Shown in pieces: positions 39,478-48,858 of a stretch of 64,000 nt of DNA. Made by a program: the position numbers and the translations under genes. The notes beneath the pieces were generated by a model. It saw nothing but the letters and a program-made list of their open reading frames with translations. It had not been told where the DNA came from and did no database searches. The DNA comes from Candidatus Zixiibacteriota bacterium (GTDB lineage: Bacteria > Zixibacteria > MSB-5A5 > CAIYYT01), in contig JBECKX010000199.1 of NCBI GenBank assembly GCA_040235515.1, forward strand, positions 2,964 to 66,963, read 5' to 3'. Each line of letters starts with the position of its first letter. Positions within the stretch are counted from its first letter, which is position 1.

Positions 39478-39505
39478 TGCGTGCAATCACGCACAAGAGA
39501 TGTGC
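39478..39505. promoter_or_regulatory. Two overlapping inverted repeats (TGCGTG-caat-CACGCA and GCACA-agaga-TGTGC), a candidate metalloregulator operator or 5'UTR hairpin.
   Basis: The repeats lie immediately 5' of the ribosome-binding site of the His-rich outer-membrane barrel gene, which heads the metal-importer gene string. Confidence 0.3.
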
Positions 39506-39559
39506 TAGTGTTTTATTGAACTATCTCTGGACTGGTGACCCGGCAGGGTGGCCGGGCTA

Positions 39560-39919
39560 CTAGGCAAGACAGGGAGGTGCGCGAGGGTGCTTTATCGAGG
39601 TTGGCGAGCCCTGAAGCTGCCACTCCTCTGCCGCAGGAGCGGCTTCAAGGAAATCGAGGGGGAAAATCTCCGGCAGTTCGAGCAGCAGGACATGGATCGT
39701 TCCGGAGTTGTGACAGATCTGGCAACTATGGAAGTCATGCCCTTCATGATGAGCTACCTGCGTCTCGTAGAAGTCAAGGTTTGTTGCGCAACAGGGGGAA
39801 TCAACCGCTGCCATGTGCATCGGTATGATCAGGGAGATGTAGACGACGAGATAGAACCCAAGCAGCATTGCTGATGAACGCGGCACTGTGCCGTCAAGAT
39901 GTCGAAGCAGTCTAATCAT
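39560..39919 (-). CDS. Small hypothetical membrane protein with a Cys/His-rich motif.
   Basis: One transmembrane helix (AMLLGFYLVVYISLIIPMHMAAV) is followed by CCATNLDFYETQVAHHEGHDFHSCQICHNSGTIH. The ORF is the first in the metal-transport gene string. Its ribosome-binding site is distant (GGAGG about 17 nt upstream), so the call is tentative. Confidence 0.3.
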   Translation of the reverse strand: MIRLLRHLDGTVPRSSAMLLGFYLVVYISLIIPMHMAAVDSPCCATNLDFYETQVAHHEGHDFHSCQICHNSGTIHVLLLELPEIFPLDFLEAAPAAEEWQLQGSPTSIKHPRAPPCLA

Positions 39920-40114
39920 ATCGTCTCGCCGAATGGCCTCCTCATTTCAAGCCACCAGACAGATTGAGGGGCTGACTTCAGTATAAACGCCCGACCCGGT
40001 TCTGGCAAATGCAATCACCGGCTCTTACCGGCGTGAAACATCGCTACCGAGGCAATCGTCATACTATTCATACAGTTTGCTTCACTCCATCCATATTCAT
40101 ATCATGGCGATAAT

Positions 40115-42775
40115 ATGAGCGAGCAACAAGACGACAAGACCAGAAAAGTAAACATCCTCTCAGCGGGTACCGAAGTCGGACACTACACCATAGTGGAGCG
40201 CATCGGAGCCGGTGGGATGGGTGAAGTCTATCTCGCCGAAGACACAAAGCTGCAGCGCCGTGTTGCCCTGAAATTCCTTCCACTTCAACTGGCCGAGGAT
40301 GAAGAATTCAAGAGCCGTTTTGTGCGCGAGGCGCGTGCCGCCGCCAAGCTCAACCATCCAAGTATTATCACGATCCACGAAGTTGGCGACTTTCAGGGTC
40401 GTCCCTATTTTGCGATGGAACATGTGGACGGTGTTGCGCTCGGTGCCTACGGTAAGGAGCAGCAACTGACGGCGAAAGAGGCGATCTCGCTCTTTGAGCA
40501 GCTTGCTTCCGGGCTGGCTCATGCCCACTCGAGTGGAATTGTTCATCGCGATATCAAATCCGCCAATATCATCGTAGACAATGACAGGCGCCCCAAGATC
40601 CTCGATTTCGGTCTGGCATCGAGCCTTGACGACGACCGGCTCACGAAAGCCGGTTCGACAGTCGGAACAATCGCGTACATGGCGCCTGAACAGGTGCAGG
40701 GCAAACCGGTCGATGCCCGTTCCGATCTCTTCTCACTCGGAATCGTCTTCTACGAAGTGCTCACGGGCAATTCTCCGTTTCGGCGGAGCAACGAAGCGGC
40801 GACGCTCAATGCAATCCTGAGCGATGAGCCACCACCGTTAACCGAATCACGACCCGACGTACCGAACGATCTCGCCCGGATAATCTTCCGCTTGCTGCAA
40901 AAGGATCCTGATCTGCGCTATCAATCGGCGTCGGACCTGAACTCTGATCTGAAGCTGCTTAACATCAGCGGCTCTGCACCGATGGTTTCCACGATCGGTC
41001 ACGTCACCGCGAAACGATCCTCCACGCTCAAGAGCTGGTTGCCTTACCTGGTTATCGCTACAATCGCCGTTGTAGCGATGGTATTCTGGCCGCGAGGGAG
41101 TAGCGGCCCGTCAGCGTCCGGCACACAGGGGATCGTGGTGCTGCCATTCGAGAACCTCGGCTCGGAAGAGGATCAATACTTCGCGGATGGGATCACCGAG
41201 GAAATCACCGCCCGCCTCGCGCGCATAGGTGATTTGCGCGTCATATCCAGGACCAGCGCCAATCAGTATCGCCACCATAACAAGAGCCTCGCCCAGATCG
41301 GAGACGAGCTCAATGTCGAATATGTGCTCGAAGGAACAATTCGCTGGGACAAATCAGGTGAGGTGAAGCGGGTACGCATCGTGCCGCAGTTGATCAGGGT
41401 AGCCGATGATTCGCACCTCTGGGCGCAGACCTATGAGCGCACTCTGGATCAGATATTCGCCGTGCAGGCAGATATTGCCATGGAGATAGCAGGTGCACTC
41501 GAGTTGACGTTTGCGGGTACCGGAACCCAGTCAGACGCAGCAAAGCAAACCGAGAATGAACGCGCGTACGACTTCTACCTGCGTGGAAGCGACTACCTTG
41601 AACAGGCCAAGTATGAAATCGCGATCGAAATGCTGGAGCAGGCGGTTGCGCTCGATGCTGAGTTCGGGGATGCCTGGGCCAAGCTCTCGCGGGCAGAATC
41701 ACGCTATGCTTTTACCCGGCCAGACAATTTCCGCGCCGAGCATGTGGAGTCCGCGCGCAAGGCTGCCGAAAAGGCGCTGGCGCTGGACCCAAATTCGCCG
41801 GAAGCGCATATCGCCAGCGGCAACCTCCACTATTATGGCCACCGCAATTACGAAGCCGCGCTGGAGGAGTTTGAGATTGCGCTCACGGGAAAACCGAACG
41901 ATGCGGATATCCTGAGCCTCAAAGCCTTCGTCAAGCGACGCCAGGGAAAATGGGATGAAGCACTCGCACTGCTCGAAGAAGCTTCCCGGATAGACCCGTT
42001 GTCATGGTCTCTCTCGGCGGAGTTGATCTCGACTCTGCGCATGATGCGAATGCCGAAACGGGCGTTGGCGGAAGCCGGGCGGGCGTTGGAACTCAGCCCC
42101 GATAATGACCGACTCCACCTTGAACTGGGCAAAGTCTATCTTGGTTTTGAGCCGCCTGAGCGAGCAGCGGAGTTGCTGGAAGAGATGAGCAAGGAGACCG
42201 CAAGCTGGGTAATCAATGACCTGAGTGTGCAGCTCAATTTCCTCTCGCATGATTGGGATGCACTCAGAAAACTGCGGCTTGGGCGCGACATCAGCGCGAT
42301 CGAAGACCCGCTGCGCAGGGGACAGGTTTATTTCGGGGTCGGTGAATTCTACTACTGCGCCGGGATGATCGACTCCGCCAAAGCCTATATGGATTCCGCT
42401 CTGGCGATCATTCGCCCGATGGCCGAGGAGTTTCGGGGGACGCCGGAAGCAACGGCGGATTTGATCCTGATGACAGCCGCCGGTCTTGCCGTCAACGACA
42501 GCGCGGCAGCGATTCGATTGGTCGAACGCGCCAAAGCGATGTTGCCCGCCAGCTATGATGCCATCCGTTGGGCGGAACACAATCGCCTGGTTGCCGCGAC
42601 CTACGTCGCCGCCAATATGTATGACGAAGCCATTCAGGTGCTCGACACGTTGATGGCGGTGCCAACCAGCCTCACCGTGATCGAACTGGAGCACCACTGC
42701 TACTGGAGCGCGCTGCAGTCGTTGCCGCGGTTTCAGAATCTGATCGCGCGCTATCGCAAACCGGCTCAGAGCTAA
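40115..42775 (+). CDS. Ser/Thr protein kinase with a TolB-N-like middle domain and C-terminal TPR repeats (paralog 2).
   Basis: Kinase motifs are present: GAGGMGEVYLAED, HRDIKSANIIV, DFGLAS and APEQ. The middle block reads VVLPFENLGSEEDQYFADGITEEITARLA. A TPR array follows. The architecture matches the kinase at 29446-32061. Confidence 0.85.
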   Translation: MSEQQDDKTRKVNILSAGTEVGHYTIVERIGAGGMGEVYLAEDTKLQRRVALKFLPLQLAEDEEFKSRFVREARAAAKLNHPSIITIHEVGDFQGRPYFAMEHVDGVALGAYGKEQQLTAKEAISLFEQLASGLAHAHSSGIVHRDIKSANIIVDNDRRPKILDFGLASSLDDDRLTKAGSTVGTIAYMAPEQVQGKPVDARSDLFSLGIVFYEVLTGNSPFRRSNEAATLNAILSDEPPPLTESRPDVPNDLARIIFRLLQKDPDLRYQSASDLNSDLKLLNISGSAPMVSTIGHVTAKRSSTLKSWLPYLVIATIAVVAMVFWPRGSSGPSASGTQGIVVLPFENLGSEEDQYFADGITEEITARLARIGDLRVISRTSANQYRHHNKSLAQIGDELNVEYVLEGTIRWDKSGEVKRVRIVPQLIRVADDSHLWAQTYERTLDQIFAVQADIAMEIAGALELTFAGTGTQSDAAKQTENERAYDFYLRGSDYLEQAKYEIAIEMLEQAVALDAEFGDAWAKLSRAESRYAFTRPDNFRAEHVESARKAAEKALALDPNSPEAHIASGNLHYYGHRNYEAALEEFEIALTGKPNDADILSLKAFVKRRQGKWDEALALLEEASRIDPLSWSLSAELISTLRMMRMPKRALAEAGRALELSPDNDRLHLELGKVYLGFEPPERAAELLEEMSKETASWVINDLSVQLNFLSHDWDALRKLRLGRDISAIEDPLRRGQVYFGVGEFYYCAGMIDSAKAYMDSALAIIRPMAEEFRGTPEATADLILMTAAGLAVNDSAAAIRLVERAKAMLPASYDAIRWAEHNRLVAATYVAANMYDEAIQVLDTLMAVPTSLTVIELEHHCYWSALQSLPRFQNLIARYRKPAQS

Positions 42776-42786
42776 TCAGATGGCTC

Positions 42787-44286
42787 CTAGGGGAGCGGCT
42801 TACCCACTATCATCTTTATCCTCTCGCCTCGCCCGATGCTCGCATTCTCCGCAATTCTGTTGATCAACGCCAGTTCCTGTAAACTTGCGGGCGAGTTGTA
42901 GCGCTCCTTGAGTTCCTGCAACGTCGTTGGGGTGCCGATGTTGATGATGTCGAGCTTCCACGCTTCCACGTTCAGTTTCCCCTGATCGGTCAGCTTGGAG
43001 AAGCTCCTCGCTGCCGCGCGTCCTGCCGGCTCATGGGATTGCCAACCACTCGACGTCCCGAAGGCCAGCACCTGGTAGACTTTGCCGCCATGGTCGTAGA
43101 AGTAGGCCACGCCTGCCAGCACACCATTCTCGGTGGTGGCGCGGAAATCCCCCCAGGCTGCATGAAGATTGTTGATATTGCCTGCGCTGACATTGGCTGC
43201 ACTGATCCCTGGCTGTCCGAAGAATTGTGCGGCCGCCGCATCGGCGGAGGATGCCTGCGCGAACGTCACCTGCACGATTGCATTCTCATCGGGAGAACCC
43301 GCGATGACGGCCGCGACCTGGTTAGCTGTCTGCCACCCGTCGGGGAACGAAATCTGGAACTTCAAGTCAGGATGATAGAAATCGGAGCCCTGGAAATAGC
43401 CCTGCCGCGGATCGGTGCCATATTTCATCTTGTTGAGAATGTTCAGGTAGCCATCGCGGTTGACCGCATAGCCGGCAAAGTCGGTTGTCATCGTGTCAAG
43501 GTTGTCTTTGATCAACTGTCGCCGATTGCCCGGATCAGGATGGGTCGAGAGCCACTCCGGCACCCTGCCACCACCGTGGGCCTGCGTGACCGCATCGAGC
43601 ATCGTCATCACATCTTCCATCTCCCGCGGGTCGCGTTCGATGCGGCTCATATAACGGAGTCCGAGGTAATCCGCCTGCTTCTCGTCATCCCGACCGAACT
43701 TAAGGAAGAGCAGCCCAAGCCCCGTACTCAACAAATCACTATACTTCTGCAGTTCCGGTTTGACTATCGTCGTGACTCCCAGTCCCAGACCGGCGAGTTG
43801 CTGTTTACTCATCTGGTTGACCGAATGCTGTGCAGTCACGTGACCGATCTCATGTCCGAGCACACCGCAAAGTTCAGCTTCATTCGACATATGCGCCATG
43901 ATTCCGCGCGTGACGTAGATAAACCCACCCGGCAGCGCGAAGGCATTGACCGTCGGATCATCAACAACCGTGAAAGTCCATGGCAGGTTGGGGCGTTCGC
44001 ATCTGGCAGACATCGCCAACCCCAGCTCGCGAACGTAGCGTTGAACCGCTGAGTCCGGATAGACTCCCATCGAAGCCAGAATTGACTGATGCGCATCTCT
44101 GCCAAGTTCGATCTCGCGCGATTCGCTGATCAGGTTCAATTGCCGCTCGCCGGTGGCCTTGTTCACCGCACAACTGATCGCGCCAATCGCCAGCGCTGCA
44201 AAGGCAAATGCTGCAAGCAGGCGCACGGTCCAGCTATGGTTTATTATCCCCCCGGGTAGTTTTCGATGTTCTTTCCGGATTCTCAT
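42787..44286 (-). CDS. M48-family zinc metalloprotease (BepA/YcaL-like) with a C-terminal extension.
   Basis: A signal peptide and anchor are present. The HEXXH motif occurs in GVLGHEIGHVTAQHS. The M48 context TGERQLNLISE...ELG and a downstream glutamate ligand region are present. Confidence 0.8.
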   Translation of the reverse strand: MRIRKEHRKLPGGIINHSWTVRLLAAFAFAALAIGAISCAVNKATGERQLNLISESREIELGRDAHQSILASMGVYPDSAVQRYVRELGLAMSARCERPNLPWTFTVVDDPTVNAFALPGGFIYVTRGIMAHMSNEAELCGVLGHEIGHVTAQHSVNQMSKQQLAGLGLGVTTIVKPELQKYSDLLSTGLGLLFLKFGRDDEKQADYLGLRYMSRIERDPREMEDVMTMLDAVTQAHGGGRVPEWLSTHPDPGNRRQLIKDNLDTMTTDFAGYAVNRDGYLNILNKMKYGTDPRQGYFQGSDFYHPDLKFQISFPDGWQTANQVAAVIAGSPDENAIVQVTFAQASSADAAAAQFFGQPGISAANVSAGNINNLHAAWGDFRATTENGVLAGVAYFYDHGGKVYQVLAFGTSSGWQSHEPAGRAAARSFSKLTDQGKLNVEAWKLDIINIGTPTTLQELKERYNSPASLQELALINRIAENASIGRGERIKMIVGKPLP

Positions 44287-44450
44287 TGTGCTATTCCCAC
44301 TCCTCCCTGAAATGCTTAAAAAACAGTGTCGTCCACGCTGTCACTCGAAAAATAAGCCTCTAAAGATTGTTACGAATTTTCTCATCGTACCGCATTTGAT
44401 TTCTACGAACCATCGCCTTACTCTGGTTACCAATTCGTGCCAACCGATTC

Positions 44451-44479
44451 TTGACTGCATTCGTGTTACTAGGTATGTT
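44451..44479 (+). promoter_or_regulatory. Candidate sigma70-like promoter of the pyruvate dehydrogenase operon.
   Basis: TTGACT is followed by a 17-nt spacer and TATGTT. It lies about 190 nt upstream of the aceE ATG. Confidence 0.3.
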
Positions 44480-44670
44480 GACCGCTCAATACGCCGAACT
44501 CAGGACGAATGGCGAAGGTGCCCCTGCGGTGTGCCATCTCAGGAAATCTTCCGCCAATCAGGGCGTGTTTCCCGACCCAAATGGGGCTAACACGAATGGC
44601 AGAATCAACAGGCGCTGCGACAAACAGGATAGTACGCCGCAGAAATGACAGCCTTCAGGAGCAATAGAGA

Positions 44671-47355
44671 ATGACGATAGACGAGCAGCAGAAAGCTCTC
44701 AGCGAGATAGAATATGAGAATCGGGAGTGGCTGGAGTCCCTTAATTATATCCTGGAAAACCAGGGTCCCGATCGTGTCCGTAAGCTGCTTCGCCGCTTGC
44801 AGATACATGCGCAGGAGAAGGGAGTCAGCTTCCCGTTCACTGCCAATACGCCATACATCAACACAATTCCGGTGAAAGATCAGCCGGTTTTCCCCGGCAG
44901 CCGCGAGATTGAACGCCGCATCAAATCGATCATTCGCTGGAATGCGATGGCGATGGTTGTCCGCGCCAACCGCGAACAAAGTGGTATCGGCGGGCATATC
45001 TCCACCTACGCCTCCAGCGCTACCCTCTTTGAGATCGGATTCAATCACTTTTTCAGGGCAAAGAGCGATAAGCACCCCGGCGACATCATCTATTTCCAGG
45101 GACACGCCGCCCCCGGCATCTATGCCCGCGCCTTCCTGGAGGGTCGCATCACGGAGACACACTTGCACAATTTCCGTCGCGAGCTGCGCGAGCAGGGCGG
45201 CCTCTCATCCTATCCGCATCCACGCCTGATGCCCGATTTCTGGGAGTTTCCTACCGTCTCGATGGGGCTTTCCCCCCTCATGGCAATCTATCAGGCGCGC
45301 TTCAATCGCTACCTGGAGGATCGCGGCATCAAAGATACCAGCGATCAGAAGGTGTGGGCTTTCCTCGGTGACGGCGAATTAGACGAGCCCGAATCGCTCG
45401 GCGCCATCACCCTGCCACCGCGTGCAAAGCTTGATAATCTGATTTTCGTCATCAACTGCAACCTGCAGCGCCTCGATGGTCCCGTACGCGGAAACCACAA
45501 GATCATTCAGGAGCTCGAGGCTGCGTTCCGTGGTGCCGGCTGGAATGTGATCAAAGTTATCTGGGGGGCCGATTGGGACCCGCTGCTGGCGGCGGACGAA
45601 GAATCGCTGCTCGTTCAGCGCATGGAGGAAGTTCCCGACGGACAATACCAGATGTACACCGTCTCCAGTGGTGACTTCATTCGCAAAGATTTCTTCGGCA
45701 AAGATGAAAGACTGCTGAAGCTGGTCGAGAGCTACTCCGACGAGCAACTGCAGAAACTTCGCCGCGGTGGGCATGACCCCGAGAAAGTCTATGCCGCTTA
45801 CAAGGCAGCAACCGAACACAAGGGCGCTCCGACGGTGATCCTGGCCAAGACAATCAAGGGTTACGGCCTGGGTGAAGCGGGAGAAGGCCGCAATGTCACC
45901 CATCAGCAGAAGAAGCTGAACGAGGACGAACTGCGTCACTTCCGCAGCCGCTTCGGTATCCCGATCTCGGATGACGACATCGGTAAGATGCCGTTCTACA
46001 AGCCGGACGAAGACTCCGAGGAGATGAAGTACTTGCAGGAGCGTCGTGCAGAGCTGGGTGGATATGTGCCGAAGCGATCTGTCACGGTGCAGCCGCTCAA
46101 GATGCCCTCTGACGCTTTGTTCGAGGAGTTCTACGAAGGCACCGGCGACCGCGATGTCGCCACCACGATGGCCTTCGTGCACCTGCTCTCGAAGCTGCTC
46201 TCCGACAAGGAACTCGGTAAACTGATCGTGCCGATCGTACCCGACGAAGCTCGCACGTTCGGCATGGAATCACTCTTCCGCAAAATCGGAATCTATTCGC
46301 ACGTGGGGCAGCTCTATGACCCGGTCGATAAAGATTCGTTGCTCTACTACAAAGAGAGCAAGGATGGTCAGATACTGGAGGAAGGAATCACCGAGGCCGG
46401 GGCAATGTCATCATTCATCGCTGCGGGCACGGCGTACGCCACGCATGGCGTCAACATGATTCCGTTCTTCATCTACTATTCGATGTTCGGATTTCAACGC
46501 ATCGGAGATCTGATCTGGGCCGCCGGGGATGTGCAGGCCCGCGGGTTCCTGCTGGGCGGCACCGCCGGTCGCACCACGCTTGCCGGTGAGGGCTTGCAGC
46601 ATCAGGATGGACACACCCATCTCATCGCCTACTTCCTGCCGACGATGCGTGCCTATGATCCGGCGTTCGCCTATGAACTGGCTGTCATCATCAAAGATGG
46701 TATTCGACGCATGTATGTCGAGCAGGAGAACCTGATCTACTACATCACCGTGATGAATGAGTTTTATCCGCAGCCACCGATGCCGCAGGGGGTCGAAGAG
46801 GGTATCCTCAAAGGACTGTATAAGTTCAAGAAGAGTTCACTGAAGAAGAAGGATGCGGTCGGCAAGGCCCATCTTCTCGGTTCGGGCACGATACTCAATG
46901 AAGCAATCAAGGCGCAGAAGATATTGGAAGAAGACTTTGGTGTCGCCGCCGATGTCTGGAGTGCCACCGGTTACAAGCAATTGTATATGGATGCGATCGA
47001 GACGGAACGGTACAACCGCATGCACCCGGATCTGAAACCAAAGACCCCATTCGTCAGAGAGATTCTCTCTGAGGAAGAGGGAGTATTCGTATCTGCATCC
47101 GACTATCTGAAGGCTATCCCTGAGACGATCGGCAAATGGATACCGGGCAGGTTCATCACACTCGGCACAGACGGCTATGGCCGCTCCGACAATCGGGAAG
47201 CGCTACGGAATTTCTTTGAAGTGGATGCTCGCTATATTGCACTGGCAGCGCTGCAGGGCCTGCTCGAAGATGGAACGATCAAGGCGGATCTGGTCAGGAA
47301 GGCGATCAAGAAACTGGAGATCAATCCTGAGAAGGTTGATCCGCTAACCTCATAG
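44671..47355 (+). CDS. aceE: Pyruvate dehydrogenase E1 component (homodimeric type).
   Basis: An 894-aa protein with the N-terminal AceE signature and a TPP-binding region (GDGELDEPESLGAI...NLQRLDGPVRGN). Confidence 0.93.
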   Translation: MTIDEQQKALSEIEYENREWLESLNYILENQGPDRVRKLLRRLQIHAQEKGVSFPFTANTPYINTIPVKDQPVFPGSREIERRIKSIIRWNAMAMVVRANREQSGIGGHISTYASSATLFEIGFNHFFRAKSDKHPGDIIYFQGHAAPGIYARAFLEGRITETHLHNFRRELREQGGLSSYPHPRLMPDFWEFPTVSMGLSPLMAIYQARFNRYLEDRGIKDTSDQKVWAFLGDGELDEPESLGAITLPPRAKLDNLIFVINCNLQRLDGPVRGNHKIIQELEAAFRGAGWNVIKVIWGADWDPLLAADEESLLVQRMEEVPDGQYQMYTVSSGDFIRKDFFGKDERLLKLVESYSDEQLQKLRRGGHDPEKVYAAYKAATEHKGAPTVILAKTIKGYGLGEAGEGRNVTHQQKKLNEDELRHFRSRFGIPISDDDIGKMPFYKPDEDSEEMKYLQERRAELGGYVPKRSVTVQPLKMPSDALFEEFYEGTGDRDVATTMAFVHLLSKLLSDKELGKLIVPIVPDEARTFGMESLFRKIGIYSHVGQLYDPVDKDSLLYYKESKDGQILEEGITEAGAMSSFIAAGTAYATHGVNMIPFFIYYSMFGFQRIGDLIWAAGDVQARGFLLGGTAGRTTLAGEGLQHQDGHTHLIAYFLPTMRAYDPAFAYELAVIIKDGIRRMYVEQENLIYYITVMNEFYPQPPMPQGVEEGILKGLYKFKKSSLKKKDAVGKAHLLGSGTILNEAIKAQKILEEDFGVAADVWSATGYKQLYMDAIETERYNRMHPDLKPKTPFVREILSEEEGVFVSASDYLKAIPETIGKWIPGRFITLGTDGYGRSDNREALRNFFEVDARYIALAALQGLLEDGTIKADLVRKAIKKLEINPEKVDPLTS

Positions 47356-47421
47356 CCGATCAGTCTCACGCCAGGACTTCAAACCTCAATTGCACGGAAT
47401 TAGCAGCACGAAAGTAGTTTC

Positions 47422-48789
47422 ATGATTAAAGAAATAAAGATTCCCAATATCGGTGAGAATGTCGAGGCAGGCTCTGTCGTCGATATCAAGGTGGCCAAGG
47501 GCGATCTCGTCGAGCAGGATCAAACGATCATCGAGTTCGAGACAGATAAGGCGCTGGTCGAGATTCCCGCGCCGGAAGCGGGCAAGATCACCGAGATCAG
47601 CGTCCGGAAAGGCGACACACTCAAGGTTGGTGATGTCGTCGGCAAAATCGACACCGAGGGTAAGCCGTCAGCTGCCGGCAAGGTCGAGGAGGCAGCAGAG
47701 GCGGTAACAGCGCCCGAAGAGCCGGACCAGGCTCCCGCCAAGGCTCCTGAGCGGGAACCTGAGACGCCCGCGGCCCGGCCCGAAACGAAACCTGAACCCG
47801 GGTCAGCTCCAACTGCCGCGCCGACAGCGGTTCAGCGCACCGGTTCAACAGGTGAGGATCAAGGAGCTCCGGACAAGCCAAAGCGTGAGGCTGGACCCGC
47901 GGCTCCCTCCGTGCGTCGACTCGCGCGCGAGTTGGGTGCGAACATCGAGGATATCACCGGCACCGGTCCCGGTGGCCGCATCACATTTGATGATGTCAAA
48001 GCCCATGTCAAAGAGATCGTCACAGCCTCTAAAGGTGTGGCGGGTCCCGCGATAGCCGGCGCCAAGCCTCTCCCCGATTTCAGCAAGTGGGGTGAGGTCG
48101 AGATCGTCAAGATGTCTCGCGTACGCCAGGTGATAGCCGGGCATGTCAGCAACGCCTGGTTGACCGTGCCGCATGTCACGCAGTTCGATAAGGCCGATAT
48201 TACTGAGGTTGAGAAATTCCGAGCGCAGTTCGGCAAACAGGCGGAAAAGAAGAACGCCAGGTTGACCGTCACTGCCATTCTGCTTCATATCTGTGCTCGG
48301 GCGCTGAAACAGTTTCCGAAGTTCAATGCGAGTATCGATCCTGCCGGTGAGCAGATGATCCACAAGAAGTACTACCACATTGGAATCGCCACCGACACGG
48401 ATCGCGGTCTGCTTGTTCCGGTGATTCGCGACGTCGATCAGAAGTCGATTGTCGAGCTGGCCACAATACTGCAGGAGACCTCGGACAAGGCCCGCAGCGG
48501 CAAATTGACTCCGGATGATATGGAGGGGGGCACCTTCACGATCTCCAACCAGGGCTCGATCGGTGGTGTGGACTTCACGCCTATCGTCTCGTGGCCCCAG
48601 GTGGCGATACTGGGGGTGAGCCGGGGTTCGATGCAGCCGGTATTCATCGATGGTGAATTCAAGCCACGCATGATCCTGCCGCTCTCATTGTCGTATGATC
48701 ACCGCATCATCGATGGCGCCGATGCCGCCCGCTTTCTGAAGTGGATCAAGGATGCACTCGAGCATCCGCTGCTAATAAACTTCGAGTAG
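47422..48789 (+). CDS. aceF: Dihydrolipoamide acetyltransferase E2 component.
   Basis: A lipoyl domain is present (IEFETDKALVEIPAPEAGKI). An Ala/Pro-rich linker and a peripheral subunit-binding domain (PSVRRLARELGANIEDITGTGPGGRI) follow. The catalytic domain ends with DHRIIDGA. Confidence 0.92.
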   Translation: MIKEIKIPNIGENVEAGSVVDIKVAKGDLVEQDQTIIEFETDKALVEIPAPEAGKITEISVRKGDTLKVGDVVGKIDTEGKPSAAGKVEEAAEAVTAPEEPDQAPAKAPEREPETPAARPETKPEPGSAPTAAPTAVQRTGSTGEDQGAPDKPKREAGPAAPSVRRLARELGANIEDITGTGPGGRITFDDVKAHVKEIVTASKGVAGPAIAGAKPLPDFSKWGEVEIVKMSRVRQVIAGHVSNAWLTVPHVTQFDKADITEVEKFRAQFGKQAEKKNARLTVTAILLHICARALKQFPKFNASIDPAGEQMIHKKYYHIGIATDTDRGLLVPVIRDVDQKSIVELATILQETSDKARSGKLTPDDMEGGTFTISNQGSIGGVDFTPIVSWPQVAILGVSRGSMQPVFIDGEFKPRMILPLSLSYDHRIIDGADAARFLKWIKDALEHPLLINFE

Positions 48790-48858
48790 ACTGGATGATT
48801 AACCCCTTAGTTGGATTTCGATATTTCTTATAAACATTAGATGTGATGGTGAGGAGAG

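Noticed and set aside
39535-39874. Plus-strand ORFs 39535-39828 and 39548-39874 opposite the small Cys/His membrane protein.
   Set aside because: They are Arg-rich with odd composition and have no ribosome-binding site or signal features. They are typical antisense artefacts in GC-rich DNA.
44480-44670. Possible TPP riboswitch in the aceE leader (GGTGCCC fragment; PDH E1 uses TPP).
   Set aside because: The other conserved TPP-aptamer elements (CUGAGA, ACCUGAUC...GCG...AGGGA) are absent.
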